Shown piece after piece: positions 63,276-64,000 of a DNA stretch of 64,000 nt. Source of the stretch: Bacteroidota bacterium. Its GTDB lineage: Bacteria; Bacteroidota; Ignavibacteria; UBA10030; UBA8401. Within the stretch, counting starts at the first letter, position 1. Each line of letters opens with the position of its first letter. Where the stretch lies: assembly GCA_049317705.1 (NCBI GenBank), contig JBMOHT010000001.1:1267-65266 (forward strand), in the 5' to 3' direction. The notes under the pieces were generated by a model. That model searched no databases and was not told the DNA's origin. It saw only the letters and a program-made list of their open reading frames with translations. The translations under genes and the position numbers were made by a program.

Positions 63276-64000
63276 TTAGAATACTGATTTCATCACATCC
63301 AGGATCAGTGCGGGGAATACACCGAGAATGAGCACGCCGGCTGCACAAAGTATCACGGTCACATAGGTCAATTTCGGAAGAACGATCTCTTCGGTATTCA
63401 CGCCTTCCCGGAAATACATATAAACGATCACGCGGAGATAATAGTATGTTGAGAACAGACTCGTCATAACGCCGAAGATCGCCACCCAGGTCATTTTTGA
63501 CTGAACGGCGCTTGCGAACAGATAATACTTTCCGACGAACCCGGCGAACGGCGGCAGTCCGGTCAACGAGAACATGAACATTGCCATCAGAGCCGCGAGC
63601 GTCGGATTGCGTTTTCCGAGTCCCGCATAGTCCTCATAGTTCACATTAGCGCCGTTCGATTTCTCCAGCATCGTAATGATGCCGAATGCACCGAGATTCG
63701 TCAATGCATACGAGACCAAATAGAACGCAATCCCCTGTTGTCCCATCGATGTTGCCGAAGCGATACCGACCAGCATATATCCCGCATGTGCGATACTGGA
63801 GTATGCGAGCATCCGCTTCAGATTCGTCTGCGAAAGACCAAACCAATTTCCGAGAAGCATCGATGCAGCTGCCAAAAGCGCGACGATGAGCATCAAACGT
63901 TCGTCCTTCATGGACATGGGAACAGAGAACGCGATAACGAATGCGGAGAACGCAGCCGCTTTACCGCCGGTGGACATGAATGCGGTGACGGGAGTCGGTG
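63276..64000 (-). CDS. nuoN: NADH-quinone oxidoreductase subunit N (3-prime part; the gene continues beyond the window)
   Basis: Contains KRMLAYSSIAHAGYMLVGIA. The frame stays open upstream of the tracked Met (PTPVTAFMSTGGKAAAF), so the true start lies outside the window. Confidence 0.9.
   Translation of the reverse strand, partial: PTPVTAFMSTGGKAAAFSAFVIAFSVPMSMKDERLMLIVALLAAASMLLGNWFGLSQTNLKRMLAYSSIAHAGYMLVGIASATSMGQQGIAFYLVSYALTNLGAFGIITMLEKSNGANVNYEDYAGLGKRNPTLAALMAMFMFSLTGLPPFAGFVGKYYLFASAVQSKMTWVAIFGVMTSLFSTYYYLRVIVYMYFREGVNTEEIVLPKLTYVTVILCAAGVLILGVFPALILDVMKSVF

Overview
This is a 64-kb chromosomal segment from a Gram-negative bacterium of the FCB group, most likely Ignavibacteriota-like. 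The evidence for that placement is three proteins ending in T9SS C-terminal sorting domains (NYPNPFNPST... or VPNPY...), a PorV/PorQ-type barrel, a GWxTD protein, a fused CcoN-CcoO, and a Flavobacteria-style cbb3 gene order. All calls rest on reading the ORF translations and the DNA by eye, using remembered family motifs. No database search was run.

The window holds about 58 protein genes and is densely coding. I recognised no rRNA, tRNA, CRISPR array, transposase or integrase.

Gene blocks, in window order:
1. ECF sigma plus anti-sigma pair, then an Hc1-type histone-like protein.
2. SDR-SRPBCC-CPBP operon.
3. fur-feoA-feoB, a small Cys-rich membrane protein missing from the ORF track, then a translationally coupled beta-barrel and CxxCH lipoprotein pair.
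4. Housekeeping genes: DUF59, cupin, rlmF, a DEAD-box helicase with a decapeptide-repeat tail, and a CBS protein.
5. A complete cbb3 oxidase operon (ccoI-ccoS-ccoNO-ccoQ-ccoP-ccoG-fixH-tauE-like).
6. Menaquinone genes, arfB, and an SDR.
7. A pyrR-pyrB-pyrC-pgeF-glmS operon behind a PyrR attenuator.
8. A GWxTD protein.
9. A roughly 25-kb starch/maltodextrin locus.
10. An nnr-vanZ-MFS-TPR/thioredoxin operon and the 3-prime part of nuoN.

The most unusual content is the starch locus. A LacI regulator and a SusC-architecture TonB receptor have no SusD partner. They are followed instead by a 1261-aa T9SS cargo protein, a locus-embedded PorV paralogue and a 1058-aa BNR-propeller T9SS cargo protein. 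I propose this as an uncharacterised, T9SS-coupled outer-membrane glycan-capture module.

Secondary items are a porin-cytochrome pair genetically attached to Feo, and a PyrR attenuator that also carries a Shine-Dalgarno-led leader ORF.
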